This document shows, piece after piece, positions 45,334-53,989 of a DNA stretch of 64,000 nucleotides. How positions within the stretch are numbered: the first letter of the stretch is position 1; each line of letters opens with the position of its first letter. The translations under genes were made by a program, and so were the position numbers. Location: IMG/VR virus record IMGVR_UViG_3300022468_000500; one strand, written 5' to 3'. The notes beneath the pieces were generated by a model. It saw nothing but the letters and a program-made list of their open reading frames with translations, was not told the DNA's origin and ran no database searches. This DNA comes from a virus. Taxonomy: Duplodnaviria > Heunggongvirae > Uroviricota > Caudoviricetes.

Positions 45334-45679
45334 AAAAATCATATTCGTCAAAATACGGGGCATAGCTTTTACCCGTATGTCGATCAATAAAATTCGGGTT
45401 AATACCACGCCATTTATTAGCCCAGTATTTAGCGCTGCGTTCGTTCAGAAAAACCTGAACTGGCCTAGCGTCATATTCATAACCGGTAACGCCACGGTCG
45501 GCCATCGAGAATTCCGGTCGATAAGATTTTGTCTTAAAGATGGAATAAAAGGTATCATTCCAATCCTTCGGAACCCTTGCGCGAATAATAACCTTTTTAG
45601 GGTTACCACAATGATCCAAAACCCAAACGGATTTACCGGCTTTAATGTCGGCTTTGCGTGCGAGTGAATGACGGGACAT
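45332..45679 (-). CDS. hypothetical protein
   Basis: 115-aa ORF; first gene of the high-GC module. Confidence 0.4.
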   Translation of the reverse strand: MSRHSLARKADIKAGKSVWVLDHCGNPKKVIIRARVPKDWNDTFYSIFKTKSYRPEFSMADRGVTGYEYDARPVQVFLNERSAKYWANKWRGINPNFIDRHTGKSYAPYFDEYDF

Positions 45680-45687
45680 ATAACCCC

Positions 45688-45918
45688 CTAATTTAAGACA
45701 ATGGGAAACTTAACAACCCGTTGAAGCCATATAACCTCAACGCGGGAATAATCCGTATAGTTATCAATGCCAGCATTGAAAAACCGGAATTTATCCAAGT
45801 AATCCGCCGCTTTGTTGATAATCAATGCGCGGGCATCCTGAACTGACAAACCGTTAAATTCGGTAATCCCGCCCATTTCATCAAAGTTAACCGTCAGCAT
45901 CGCCATGATTAAAACCAA
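45688..45918 (-). CDS. hypothetical protein
   Basis: 76-aa ORF. Confidence 0.35.
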   Translation of the reverse strand: MVLIMAMLTVNFDEMGGITEFNGLSVQDARALIINKAADYLDKFRFFNAGIDNYTDYSRVEVIWLQRVVKFPIVLN

Positions 45919-46092
45919 TTAATCGAGGGGAAAACCATGGACAGATAGCCCAAAATCGTAAAGAGCCCCAAAACGGTAAAAATCAAACCAACGGCTTTAG
46001 AAAACAAATTCTGGCCAGAAAAAAGAAACCACAAACCAAACACAAACATAGCCAGAAAATCGAGAATGAGAATCAGTTGCAAAGACATAATG
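45913..46092 (-). CDS. small membrane protein (59 aa)
   Basis: My own translation MSLQLILILDFLAMFVFGLWFLFSGQNLFSKAVGLIFTVLGLFTILGYLSMVFPSINWF; below the ORF-track cutoff. Confidence 0.3.
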
Positions 46093-46166
46093 CCCCCATG
46101 AAAAAATCTTTTGCATGGCTATTATACCATGCAAAAGGGTTTTTCAACCCTTTTGTTTTTGCCCGG

Positions 46167-46568
46167 TTATTCCGGGGCATGCCCGTTATCGGCGGCCATC
46201 TGGTCGGCGGTGGCGTCATCGTGCGCCGTGCTGACGGATTCAGACAGGGCCTTGAAAATGGCGGCCAGTGCGGTTTTGTTGCATTTCGTCAGCGAATCGG
46301 TGTCGTTTTCGTTCAGGCGGAGAATCGCGCCGATTGCGTCCGCGTGGTCATCCTTTTTAACCGAAGGTTCCCCGTTTTTGGTGGTGTAAGCCTTCTTTTT
46401 GTAAACCCCTTCGCGCGACAGCTTCGCCACGATGGAGCGGGCGGTCTTGCCCAGTTCAGCGGCCAGCTTTTCCACGGTTTCCGCCGTAGGGTTTGCCACG
46501 TAGGCTTGCACCATGCTGGCGGTTTGTTCAGCGGTATAGTTCACGGCCTTTTCAGTCTTAGCGGTCAT
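46167..46568 (-). CDS. A2-like HTH DNA-binding protein (paralog 3 of 4)
   Basis: VEKLAAELGKTARSIVAKLSREGVYKKKAYTTKNGE...TKCNKTALAAIFKAL. Confidence 0.55.
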   Translation of the reverse strand: MTAKTEKAVNYTAEQTASMVQAYVANPTAETVEKLAAELGKTARSIVAKLSREGVYKKKAYTTKNGEPSVKKDDHADAIGAILRLNENDTDSLTKCNKTALAAIFKALSESVSTAHDDATADQMAADNGHAPE

Positions 46569-46744
46569 TTTGAAGCATCCTTAAAAATGGATTGTAACAC
46601 AAAATCTTAGGTTTTATTTTTTTATCGCCCTTTGCTGCGATATGGGTTTATTATAACACGGTTTTTTAGCGCTTTGCAAGTATTTTCGGAATTTATTTTT
46701 TCTTTCCTTTTCTCGCGTTGTGCCAGTTTCCCGGCATGTGTAGA

Positions 46745-46775
46745 TTATACATGAATCCCGCCGCCAGGTATGACC
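46745..46775 (-). promoter_or_regulatory. minus-strand promoter with extended -10 (plus-strand catgtgtagattatacatg)
   Basis: Reverse complement reads ...catgtataatctacacatg; same box recurs at 49975. Confidence 0.4.
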
Positions 46776-46993
46776 CTACGAAAAATAGGTTTTTATTGAC
46801 AATGCACCAGGTTTAGCGTATGCATGCGGCCAGGCCTACTGCTATCATTTTAATAGCAAAATCGGCGCCTGCCCTATTATAGCACACAAACCTGGCCCTG
46901 TGTCAATACCCTACAAAAATAAAGTTATTGACAAGTCGCCAGGCTTGATGTACCAAAAATTTGTAAATGATTCTCATTCCACCAGGTACACGT

Positions 46994-47023
46994 AAAAAAG
47001 CCTCGATTAATCGAGGCTTTTTA
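46994..47023. terminator. bidirectional rho-independent terminator
   Basis: aaaaaagcctcgattaatcgaggcttttta. Confidence 0.65.
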
Positions 47024-47374
47024 GTAACTGGGGGCCATTATACCATCATATTCTACGCCAGTTTCTAAGGATAGTAGCTTTGCCAGTGATTTAAATTCTT
47101 TACCATGCCCATAATCCCAAAATCCGTTTTCGGCTTGCCATGCGTGAATTAACTCATGCAAAATAACTTTAATTGGATCATGCGCTTTAATCGAATAGTC
47201 GATTACATGATGTTGCCCGAATTTTTCAGTGTATGCAAAGGTATAGTAACCTAACGCAGTATGCGCAACTTTATCGACTTGCTTTCTTATTATCCGCTTA
47301 TGTTCTTTATAAACGATGCGCCGTTTTAGGTCCAAAACCTTAAGCGCCTTTTTAACCAGTTTACTGTTTTCCAT
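47021..47374 (-). CDS. SprT-like zinc metalloprotease-motif protein
   Basis: HELIHAWQAENGFWDYGHGKEF; paralog of 51182..51583. Confidence 0.5.
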   Translation of the reverse strand: MENSKLVKKALKVLDLKRRIVYKEHKRIIRKQVDKVAHTALGYYTFAYTEKFGQHHVIDYSIKAHDPIKVILHELIHAWQAENGFWDYGHGKEFKSLAKLLSLETGVEYDGIMAPSY

Positions 47375-47412
47375 AATAGATAATGCCCCGGATTATCTCC
47401 GGGGCATCCTCA

Positions 47413-49143
47413 TTACATGAAAATAATCTGTCGCTGGCCGTTAACGTAGGTTACCACGTTTGCAAGCTGCCAGCTACTGGGGCCAATGTTATAACCCATT
47501 TCCAGCGAACCCGATACGCCCGCAGTGTAGCATGCGCCGGTAATGCTGGGGGTGTGTGTATGGCCCGTATTCATGGGGATTCCCAATGTACGGAACTGGG
47601 CAGGGCTGCCCCGGCTGCCGTTGATACCCGTATGTCCATGACAGCCCATTTCAACGCCCGCCATCATAACGGATTCGTCAGTTTCATGGAATACGATTTG
47701 TTGCGAGTATCGGCCACCCCCGATTTCATAATATGCGAATTTCAGCATATTAAAATCAGAATTGCCAGTTTCTGCAATATGCGTATAAAGTGCAGTAGTG
47801 CAGCGCAAGTAAGTCAGCGCGTTTACTGGGTCCGTTTTGAAGTCGGCATTTTTCAGCCACGTATTAATCGCCAGATCATGATTCGATTCGATAACGTGGA
47901 CATTTACCCCAGTTTCTGCAATCGCGTCAATAATGCGCGCCACGGTTTTAACGTCGCCCTCTACCGTATTATTAGCCACGGTTTGCGCGAACATAAAAGC
48001 GCAATCCTTAACGTTATGATGGTTCCGGCTGGAAAAATCCATTACATCATGCAAAAGCACGTTTTCAGGCTGAAACCGGGCAATTTCAGCGCGGATTTTA
48101 TCGAGATTTTCAGCAGTCATTTTTTCCGCGTGAATATCCCCGAATTGCAGCGCTTTTACATCGCCATCTGTCTGGTTAAATGCCCCTTGCGCATTAAAAA
48201 ACATATCCTCATCAAAGAAACCGGTAGATTCTGGCATCAGCTCCAATTGACGCACCACGGCCGGACCAGTACCGCGAGTATCGACAACCAAAGCGCCAAT
48301 GTTATGTTCAGTAGCGGCCACCGCGCCAGCTTTGCGCGTGATGTAATTACGCTTTGTAATGCTGCCCGTCGAATACAGCACCTTACCGCGTGCATGCTTG
48401 AGCGAAGCCGTGCATTTGAGGGAGATTTTCACAGCCGGGATGATAATGTCAATGCCTGCGGGCGTGATACCCTCGAAACCCGAAAGCGGATTTTTTGCCG
48501 TGGGCAGTACGTTTGCCTGTGCAACAAAATCAATTTTGCCCGCGATACGGATTTGTTCATTGACAATGTATTGCACAATTTCAGGGGCATAATAAATGCC
48601 ATCCTCGAATTGTTCCACGGATTGGAACCCGTTTTTGTTGTACGTGGTTTTTGCCACCAGCAACCGCGCGCCAGTATGTTCACAGTAAGAACGCAGCGCA
48701 CCCAGCATTACCGCATCCACATCGGTGTTATTTTGCGCCGTAGTTACCACGTACAACCCAGCAGGCAATTCGGTCACATGCGCGCCGGCATCATCTACGC
48801 CAGCAGAAACCGGCTTTGCTGCGTCCTTTTCTTGCTTTTCGATGGCTTTGCGCGCCTTATCCTGTGCCACCAGATGACGCCGCAGGGTTTCGCTTTCCAG
48901 AATCGCATTAACTGCCTCGATTGGCTGATTTTCGTAATCGGCCAATTGCATCATTTCCTTGACAATTTCGGCCTTTTTATCGGCCTTCTTTGCGCGGAAA
49001 TAGCCCAGAGTTTGCGCAGTAATGATAACTTCTTTTTCGTTCATGGTTAGCCTTAAAATACCGGATACCGCCGGATTATCGCGGATTGTAGCGTTTTGCT
49101 GCAATGAGGAAATTATAACACGGTTTTTTGAGGAAACCGCCAA
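47413..49143 (-). CDS. A1: A1-like large metallophosphoesterase-domain protein (T5 pre-early A1 analogue)
   Basis: 576 aa; C-terminal half has ordered calcineurin-like motifs GDIHA, HDVMDFS, ESNHD, CHGHTG, GHTHTPS; size and context resemble T5 A1. Confidence 0.65.
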   Translation of the reverse strand: MAVSSKNRVIISSLQQNATIRDNPAVSGILRLTMNEKEVIITAQTLGYFRAKKADKKAEIVKEMMQLADYENQPIEAVNAILESETLRRHLVAQDKARKAIEKQEKDAAKPVSAGVDDAGAHVTELPAGLYVVTTAQNNTDVDAVMLGALRSYCEHTGARLLVAKTTYNKNGFQSVEQFEDGIYYAPEIVQYIVNEQIRIAGKIDFVAQANVLPTAKNPLSGFEGITPAGIDIIIPAVKISLKCTASLKHARGKVLYSTGSITKRNYITRKAGAVAATEHNIGALVVDTRGTGPAVVRQLELMPESTGFFDEDMFFNAQGAFNQTDGDVKALQFGDIHAEKMTAENLDKIRAEIARFQPENVLLHDVMDFSSRNHHNVKDCAFMFAQTVANNTVEGDVKTVARIIDAIAETGVNVHVIESNHDLAINTWLKNADFKTDPVNALTYLRCTTALYTHIAETGNSDFNMLKFAYYEIGGGRYSQQIVFHETDESVMMAGVEMGCHGHTGINGSRGSPAQFRTLGIPMNTGHTHTPSITGACYTAGVSGSLEMGYNIGPSSWQLANVVTYVNGQRQIIFM

Positions 49144-49159
49144 ACCTGAAAATTATTTT

Positions 49160-49636
49160 TTAATGCCCCTGTTTCGATGGTACATAAACCCCACGGATTC
49201 CGAAGCGGTCGCAAACTGCTTTCAGGTATTGGATATTATCTTCATAAAAGACAAAATCCGCAGCCTTAAAAGGTTTCAGGTTGAAAAACCGCGCCAGTCC
49301 GTTGATTTTCAGGGTTTTCCCCGATTGATTATCCCCCGGCTTACGTGAGATAAAATGATCTGGCATGCCCAGCACGTTATTCACAAATTCCCAATCGGGG
49401 GCATGCATTTCACGCGCAGTAGCGATAACCGTAAAGCAATTTTCATCGCGCAGGTCCGCCCGGTATTGTTCCGCAAGGGGCAAAAGGGAATCATCCATTG
49501 CCAGATGCTGATTTTCGCGCCAATGCGCTAAGTCGATGCGTTCGCCCGCATCATCAATAATGGTCCGATAACGATGGCTGGAATCCACAATTGTCCCATC
49601 CATATCGTAAATTGCAACACGATTAATTTTAGCCAT
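49160..49636 (-). CDS. dmp: HAD-family 5'-deoxynucleotidase-like protein (dmp-like)
   Basis: IYDMDGTIVDS HAD motif I; start placed at MAKINRVAIYDMDG. Confidence 0.65.
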   Translation of the reverse strand: MAKINRVAIYDMDGTIVDSSHRYRTIIDDAGERIDLAHWRENQHLAMDDSLLPLAEQYRADLRDENCFTVIATAREMHAPDWEFVNNVLGMPDHFISRKPGDNQSGKTLKINGLARFFNLKPFKAADFVFYEDNIQYLKAVCDRFGIRGVYVPSKQGH

Positions 49637-49643
49637 GATTGAA

Positions 49644-49907
49644 TTATACCACGTAGTTAAAGAAGCCAATAACGTTTGCCGTGAAATAAACCCCTTGCAG
49701 CGCAATAAAATTACGCTGGCGATACATCACAGCAGAGAAAAGGAGACAAGCGCTAGACAGAAGAAAAAACGGATACCCGTATTTTCCCAATGCAAGGGCC
49801 ACCAAAAACGCGCCAATAATACCGGCTGCGGTTCCAATGGTTTCAATGAATTTAAGTTTAGTCATAATAAGCTGCAATAGCCCCATTATATTCTGCCACG
49901 GTTGCAA
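49644..49907 (-). CDS. small membrane protein
   Basis: Two or three hydrophobic helices. Confidence 0.35.
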   Translation of the reverse strand: MQPWQNIMGLLQLIMTKLKFIETIGTAAGIIGAFLVALALGKYGYPFFLLSSACLLFSAVMYRQRNFIALQGVYFTANVIGFFNYVV

Positions 49908-50034
49908 AAGTCAAGCCCTTTTCCTTCGCCCATTTTGCGAACTCCTGGTGCTCTTTCGTGCTGTATCGTTTTGTCATGTGTAGATTATAGCGAGAAAATC
50001 CAGCGTATTTTTAACCCTACAAAAATAAGCTATT

Positions 50035-50063
50035 ATTAAATTCCTTGCACGCGCCAGGTTTGT
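50035..50063 (+). promoter_or_regulatory. cassette promoter TTGCAC-N17-TATAAT (copy 3)
   Basis: taaccctacaaaaataagc UP block, extended -10 tgatataat; transcript region has hairpin gctatcaaaatgatagc. Confidence 0.5.
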
Positions 50064-50177
50064 GTGATATAATTTTGGCGCACCCATGCTATCAAAATGA
50101 TAGCTTGAAAAGATATGACCCACCCATTGTACCATAAAAGACGCCTAAAATAATAACCCTACAAATAATAAGTCTCT

Positions 50178-50206
50178 TGCACGCGCCAGGAATACGTGCT
50201 ACAATT
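50178..50206 (+). promoter_or_regulatory. cassette promoter TTGCAC-N17-TACAAT (copy 4)
   Basis: taaccctacaaataataag UP block; followed by gcgaatgataatcattcgc hairpin and gcaaagccctttcgggctttgc hairpin (50248-50295). Confidence 0.5.
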
Positions 50207-50294
50207 ATGACGTGGTAATGTGGGCCCAAAATCGGCGCACCCAAATGCGAATGATAATCATTCGCATTTGATGCAAAGCCCTTTCGGGCTTTGC

Positions 50295-50645
50295 TTATGA
50301 GGCACCGAAGAACCAAGCGATAGTATCCGCTTCGTTTTCAAGATTCATATCAATATTTTGACCACCGGATTCAGTGCGGCGAGACATAGTTTGCTCGTTA
50401 AACCAGCGATCGAGCGCCAAATACTGGCCCACCTTAACGCGGAATTTGTCGTCTTTGCTGCATTGTGCTACAGCAAAACGCACGAATTCAGAATCGAGAC
50501 GGTTAGGTACAGCCGGGACCACAACCACCACAATCCCATGGTCCGGGTAAGTGAACATTGCACCACCCGCCGCCAGCAGTTGTTTTTTCAAAAACTTGCG
50601 TTCGTCGCGTTGTTCAGCGGTCAACTTAGGGGTATTCTTTGCCAT
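50295..50645 (-). CDS. hypothetical protein
   Basis: Start placed at MAKNTPKLTAEQ. Confidence 0.4.
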   Translation of the reverse strand: MAKNTPKLTAEQRDERKFLKKQLLAAGGAMFTYPDHGIVVVVVPAVPNRLDSEFVRFAVAQCSKDDKFRVKVGQYLALDRWFNEQTMSRRTESGGQNIDMNLENEADTIAWFFGAS

Positions 50646-50715
50646 GATTGAAAATTTCCAGAAAAAGTTAAAAAGGTTTCTGCTACGTGGGCACAATGGC
50701 CCACGGCGGCCAGGA

Positions 50716-51063
50716 TTAGTCGTTCAAGGGCTTGCTATTCGCCAGGGCAAGCATTACCGCTTTCAGCGCGGTCTTGTTCGCCTTAGTCAACGAATCTGTA
50801 TCAGCTTCGGACAGCTTGAGGATTCGCCCGATGGTTTCGGCGTGAGTGTCTTTCTTAACCGGCTTTTCGCCAGTCTTCGAGACATATTCTTTCTTTTTGT
50901 AAATGCCCATACGGGACAGCTTCGCCACAATCGAGCGGGCCGACTTGCCCACCAGTTCACCCAGTTGTTCTACGGTGTAGCTACCGGATGTGTAACCATC
51001 ACGCAGGATGGTTTCTTGTTCAGCGGTGTAGTTCGCTACCTTTTCAGCTTTTGCGGTTGCCAT
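50716..51063 (-). CDS. A2-like HTH DNA-binding protein (paralog 4 of 4)
   Basis: LGELVGKSARSIVAKLSRMGIYKKKEYVSKTGE...TKANKTALKAVMLAL. Confidence 0.55.
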   Translation of the reverse strand: MATAKAEKVANYTAEQETILRDGYTSGSYTVEQLGELVGKSARSIVAKLSRMGIYKKKEYVSKTGEKPVKKDTHAETIGRILKLSEADTDSLTKANKTALKAVMLALANSKPLND

Positions 51064-51181
51064 TATCGAAGCTCCTGTTAGGATGTATCACGATTTACGG
51101 GTTTTATGCAGTTCCCGATTACTGCCTATGTGTCTATTATATCCCTGTTTTCCCTACTTTGCACAATCTTTTTATTTTATT

Positions 51182-51583
51182 TTATTTTATTTTCAGATTG
51201 TGATAAGTATTAGGGGGCAATCCATATTGCACCATCATGGATTTCCATAACGGGCCGTGGGCTTGTCGTTTAGTGGCAGGCGCCGTCCAGCACCCGTACA
51301 GCAAACGGTCAGCCGCATGGATTAATTCATGGGCTAGAATTTCCAGCACCATTTTACGTTTATTTTCCTCGAACTGATACAGCTTAAAGCTCAGTTCAAT
51401 AAAGCTCGCATCATGCTCGCACCATCCCGCAGTCGTGCGCAAGCGTGCATTAATTCTAAGCTCGGGCGCTTTATGTGCTGCCAGTGCTGGCCATAAGCGA
51501 ATCATTCGCGCCCAATGCTTACCCACATATGGGATAACTTCAGCATACATCTGATCTTTAGTCATGCTGATATTATACCCCAT
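51182..51583 (-). CDS. SprT-like zinc metalloprotease-motif protein
   Basis: LAHELIHAADRLLYGCW. Confidence 0.5.
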   Translation of the reverse strand: MGYNISMTKDQMYAEVIPYVGKHWARMIRLWPALAAHKAPELRINARLRTTAGWCEHDASFIELSFKLYQFEENKRKMVLEILAHELIHAADRLLYGCWTAPATKRQAHGPLWKSMMVQYGLPPNTYHNLKIK

Positions 51584-51970
51584 TCGACCCTATCTGATTC
51601 AGTGTTACAAACTGTTACACCTATCAACGCGCATCCATAAAGCCACGTTCCCATTCATGCCATTCTGCCGTGCCCATAGCATAAGGGTTAGAGTGTGTAC
51701 GCTGTACGCCTGCGGGTTGATTCTTAATAATCATCCACGTATTGCGCCCGCCGATGTATGCTTGGGACATAGTGTTACCCTTAGTTGTATCGTTGCACAT
51801 GATACGATTATATCACGGTTTCATTACGCATACAAAGTAGTATGCGAAAGGTCCGCCGATAAGTACAGCCATAAGGCATGCATGTATCAGATCACGCGCC
51901 AGGTACTGCAGTTCTTTTTTCATCATGGTATGAATTCTAACACAGAAAAATTGAAATTTGCAAAAGAAAA

Positions 51971-52047
51971 GTGTAACAGTTTGGGGTGACAGCTTTACAA
52001 ACTGTTACACATTATTCCTTGCGAAATTTTGTCAGGTGTGGTACAAT
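51971..52047 (+). promoter_or_regulatory. 12-bp inverted-repeat operator (gtgtaacagttt ... aaactgttacac) followed by promoter TTGCGA-N17-TACAAT
   Basis: IR at 51971-52010; -35 at 52019, -10 at 52042 with TG extension; TGTTACA half-sites also at 51604 and 51614. Confidence 0.45.
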
Positions 52048-52183
52048 AGTAGAGGGGATATTAGACTGTTGTTTCCATACCACACCGGTGGCCCTCCGTC
52101 ACGTAAACTTATAGAATTTTTCCACAAAAGTATTTTGTACGCAGAAGCATAGCTAGACGCCCCAATCGCCCCATATTCCCCAA

Positions 52184-52699
52184 TTACCACCTACGCCCCA
52201 ACCATGCTTCCATTTTCTCAAACTCAGGTTTGGAAATATTCAACGCCTGAAGCCACCCCTCGAAGTATTCCACAAGTTGATCGCTTTTCTCATGCGTCCC
52301 AAGATGATACTTCCTGAAGTCCTTGTAGTTCTGTACTTTGTCGGCACACAGCATATCATTCACAGCCGGTATAACTGATAGCTTGATAGGTTTCCCAACT
52401 TCCCCAAGAAGATGCCGATTAGTCACATTGCGGTACTCTAGAGCGTAGAATAACACATTTTTGCTCATGTATTCTCCCACTAGCGCAATGTTATTCTTTA
52501 GGTCCTCGTCATTCTGCAGCATAGGGTGGACGATGTAAGCTGCAATAGCTTCATCGTCTTTAATGTTAAGGTACCTTAACATTAAATCTGCACCTTCATG
52601 AATGTGATTCATTAAAGGCACCTTACTTCTAGCGGTCGTTCTATTTCCATAGAAAACTCTAATAAGTTTATATGCCTTCTTTATCTCTTCATAGTACAC
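52184..52699 (-). CDS. hypothetical protein (possible HD-like fold)
   Basis: 171-aa ORF; HIHEGADLM...IVHP weak HD-like pattern. Confidence 0.35.
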   Translation of the reverse strand: MYYEEIKKAYKLIRVFYGNRTTARSKVPLMNHIHEGADLMLRYLNIKDDEAIAAYIVHPMLQNDEDLKNNIALVGEYMSKNVLFYALEYRNVTNRHLLGEVGKPIKLSVIPAVNDMLCADKVQNYKDFRKYHLGTHEKSDQLVEYFEGWLQALNISKPEFEKMEAWLGRRW

Positions 52700-52846
52700 G
52701 TAAAAATCTCCCTAGTTTAGTCCACCAATGATTTTGTAGATTAGTATGTGCGATACTCAGTTGAATGTGGTCGTTAAACATCTTAACGAATCCAGGATTA
52801 TCAAACAGCTTTAGCATATCATCGTATGCTTTGTCTAGTTGTTCAG

Positions 52847-53152
52847 TCATAGCGGTTTTCTAAAGTCCAACTGTGGGTAGATTCCTTCACACGTATTACT
52901 AATAGGCCTAGGTCTAGTTACTCGCATATCTACTGTAATAGGCTTTTTTGGACGCAGAAAGAAATCTATTACCGTAGATTTACTAAGCCTAGCATTAAAT
53001 TCATCTTCAGTAATTCGTTGCTCATACCACGACCACTTGAAGTTCTTACGATCCCAGCCGTCGGGGTCCATGACTACATGTTGATGGATTTCGTTCCATT
53101 CTTCGCTTGTTTTTAGATCAATCATAGTTTTGCTCTCATCTTTTTGTACCAT
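52847..53152 (-). CDS. hypothetical protein
   Basis: 101-aa ORF. Confidence 0.35.
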   Translation of the reverse strand: MVQKDESKTMIDLKTSEEWNEIHQHVVMDPDGWDRKNFKWSWYEQRITEDEFNARLSKSTVIDFFLRPKKPITVDMRVTRPRPISNTCEGIYPQLDFRKPL

Positions 53153-53751
53153 GGTAATTTATTGAAAGTGTTGATAGCTTTCATCCGCTCCCAGAAAACC
53201 TCATCTAGTGCACGGTACATGTCTCTAGCAGCTTTTAGTTCTGCTCTTAGCTTGTTAATAATCTCAGGGTCTTTTAGCTGATTTTCAGCATCAATAGCTC
53301 TAGCTTCTTGTTCATCAGCATAGTATCCTACCTTATCTAGTTGTTCCTCTAAGCTAGTAATTTCGACCCTACACGAGCGAAGATCAGCAGTAACTTCTTT
53401 ATAGGTATTTAAAACCTTCTCAATAGGGTCAAACGTACTAGAGTTTTGTAGAAGGTAGCTTACTGCTTCCCAGTTGTAGCGATCTGGCTTAGGGTAGTTA
53501 GTATTAAGCTGAGGACGTAGAGCGTGGATGAAATATGCTTCAAACATGTCTAGGTAGTCTGGATGACAGTTTAGCATCACGGTAAAGTGTGCTACTCCTA
53601 GGTTCATGTTGTAAGCTACCTGAAGCTTACGAGCTGCTCTATTCATCAGAAAGTCTTTTTGATGCTCGTCCCATCTAGTGCCGAGGTTGATTGACTGTCC
53701 GATGTAGAACTCCCCTCTAGGAAATTCTATCTTATAAATGCCTGAGTTCAT
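53122..53751 (-). CDS. GIY-YIG homing endonuclease
   Basis: MNSGIYKIEFPRGEFYIGQSINLGTRWDEH. Confidence 0.7.
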   Translation of the reverse strand: MNSGIYKIEFPRGEFYIGQSINLGTRWDEHQKDFLMNRAARKLQVAYNMNLGVAHFTVMLNCHPDYLDMFEAYFIHALRPQLNTNYPKPDRYNWEAVSYLLQNSSTFDPIEKVLNTYKEVTADLRSCRVEITSLEEQLDKVGYYADEQEARAIDAENQLKDPEIINKLRAELKAARDMYRALDEVFWERMKAINTFNKLPWYKKMRAKL

Positions 53752-53930
53752 TACTTTCCTTAAAATGATATTATACGACTTTTCAGAAAGGGTTACAAGA
53801 TAGAAATTTTTGTTGTACTTGCTTGTGTTGGTTCTGAACCGAAATTATTAGGTTGTTTACGTGGTCTCGGTGGCTAGAATTATTGGGAACTCCGTGATAC
53901 TTGAGTGCAATATTCTTGCTTGCGAGTTGG

Positions 53931-53965
53931 TCGTTGAACGTGTATAATTTATCCTAGACGTTGTA
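53931..53965 (+). promoter_or_regulatory. promoter TTGCGA-N17-TGTATAAT for the late-module first gene
   Basis: ttgcgagttggtcgttgaacgtgtataat; strong RBS ggagg 8 nt before ATG 53990. Confidence 0.5.
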
Positions 53966-53989
53966 AATTAACGTCTAAATGGAGGTATT

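Noticed and set aside
46077-46610. 177-aa and 92-aa plus-strand ORFs (46077..46610, 46111..46389)
   Set aside because: They are antisense shadows of the A2-like paralog 46167..46568. That paralog's reading is corroborated by three homologs elsewhere in the window.
47383-49050. 555-aa plus-strand ORF
   Set aside because: It is exactly antisense to the 576-aa A1-like gene, which carries ordered metallophosphoesterase motifs. The plus-strand product is R/C/F-rich with no motifs. Long antisense ORFs are expected in this GC-rich module.
50358-51203. Plus-strand ORFs 50358..50651, 50551..51081 and 50988..51203
   Set aside because: They are antisense to the minus-strand genes 50295..50645 and 50716..51063 in the GC-rich module. 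They have no motifs or start context.
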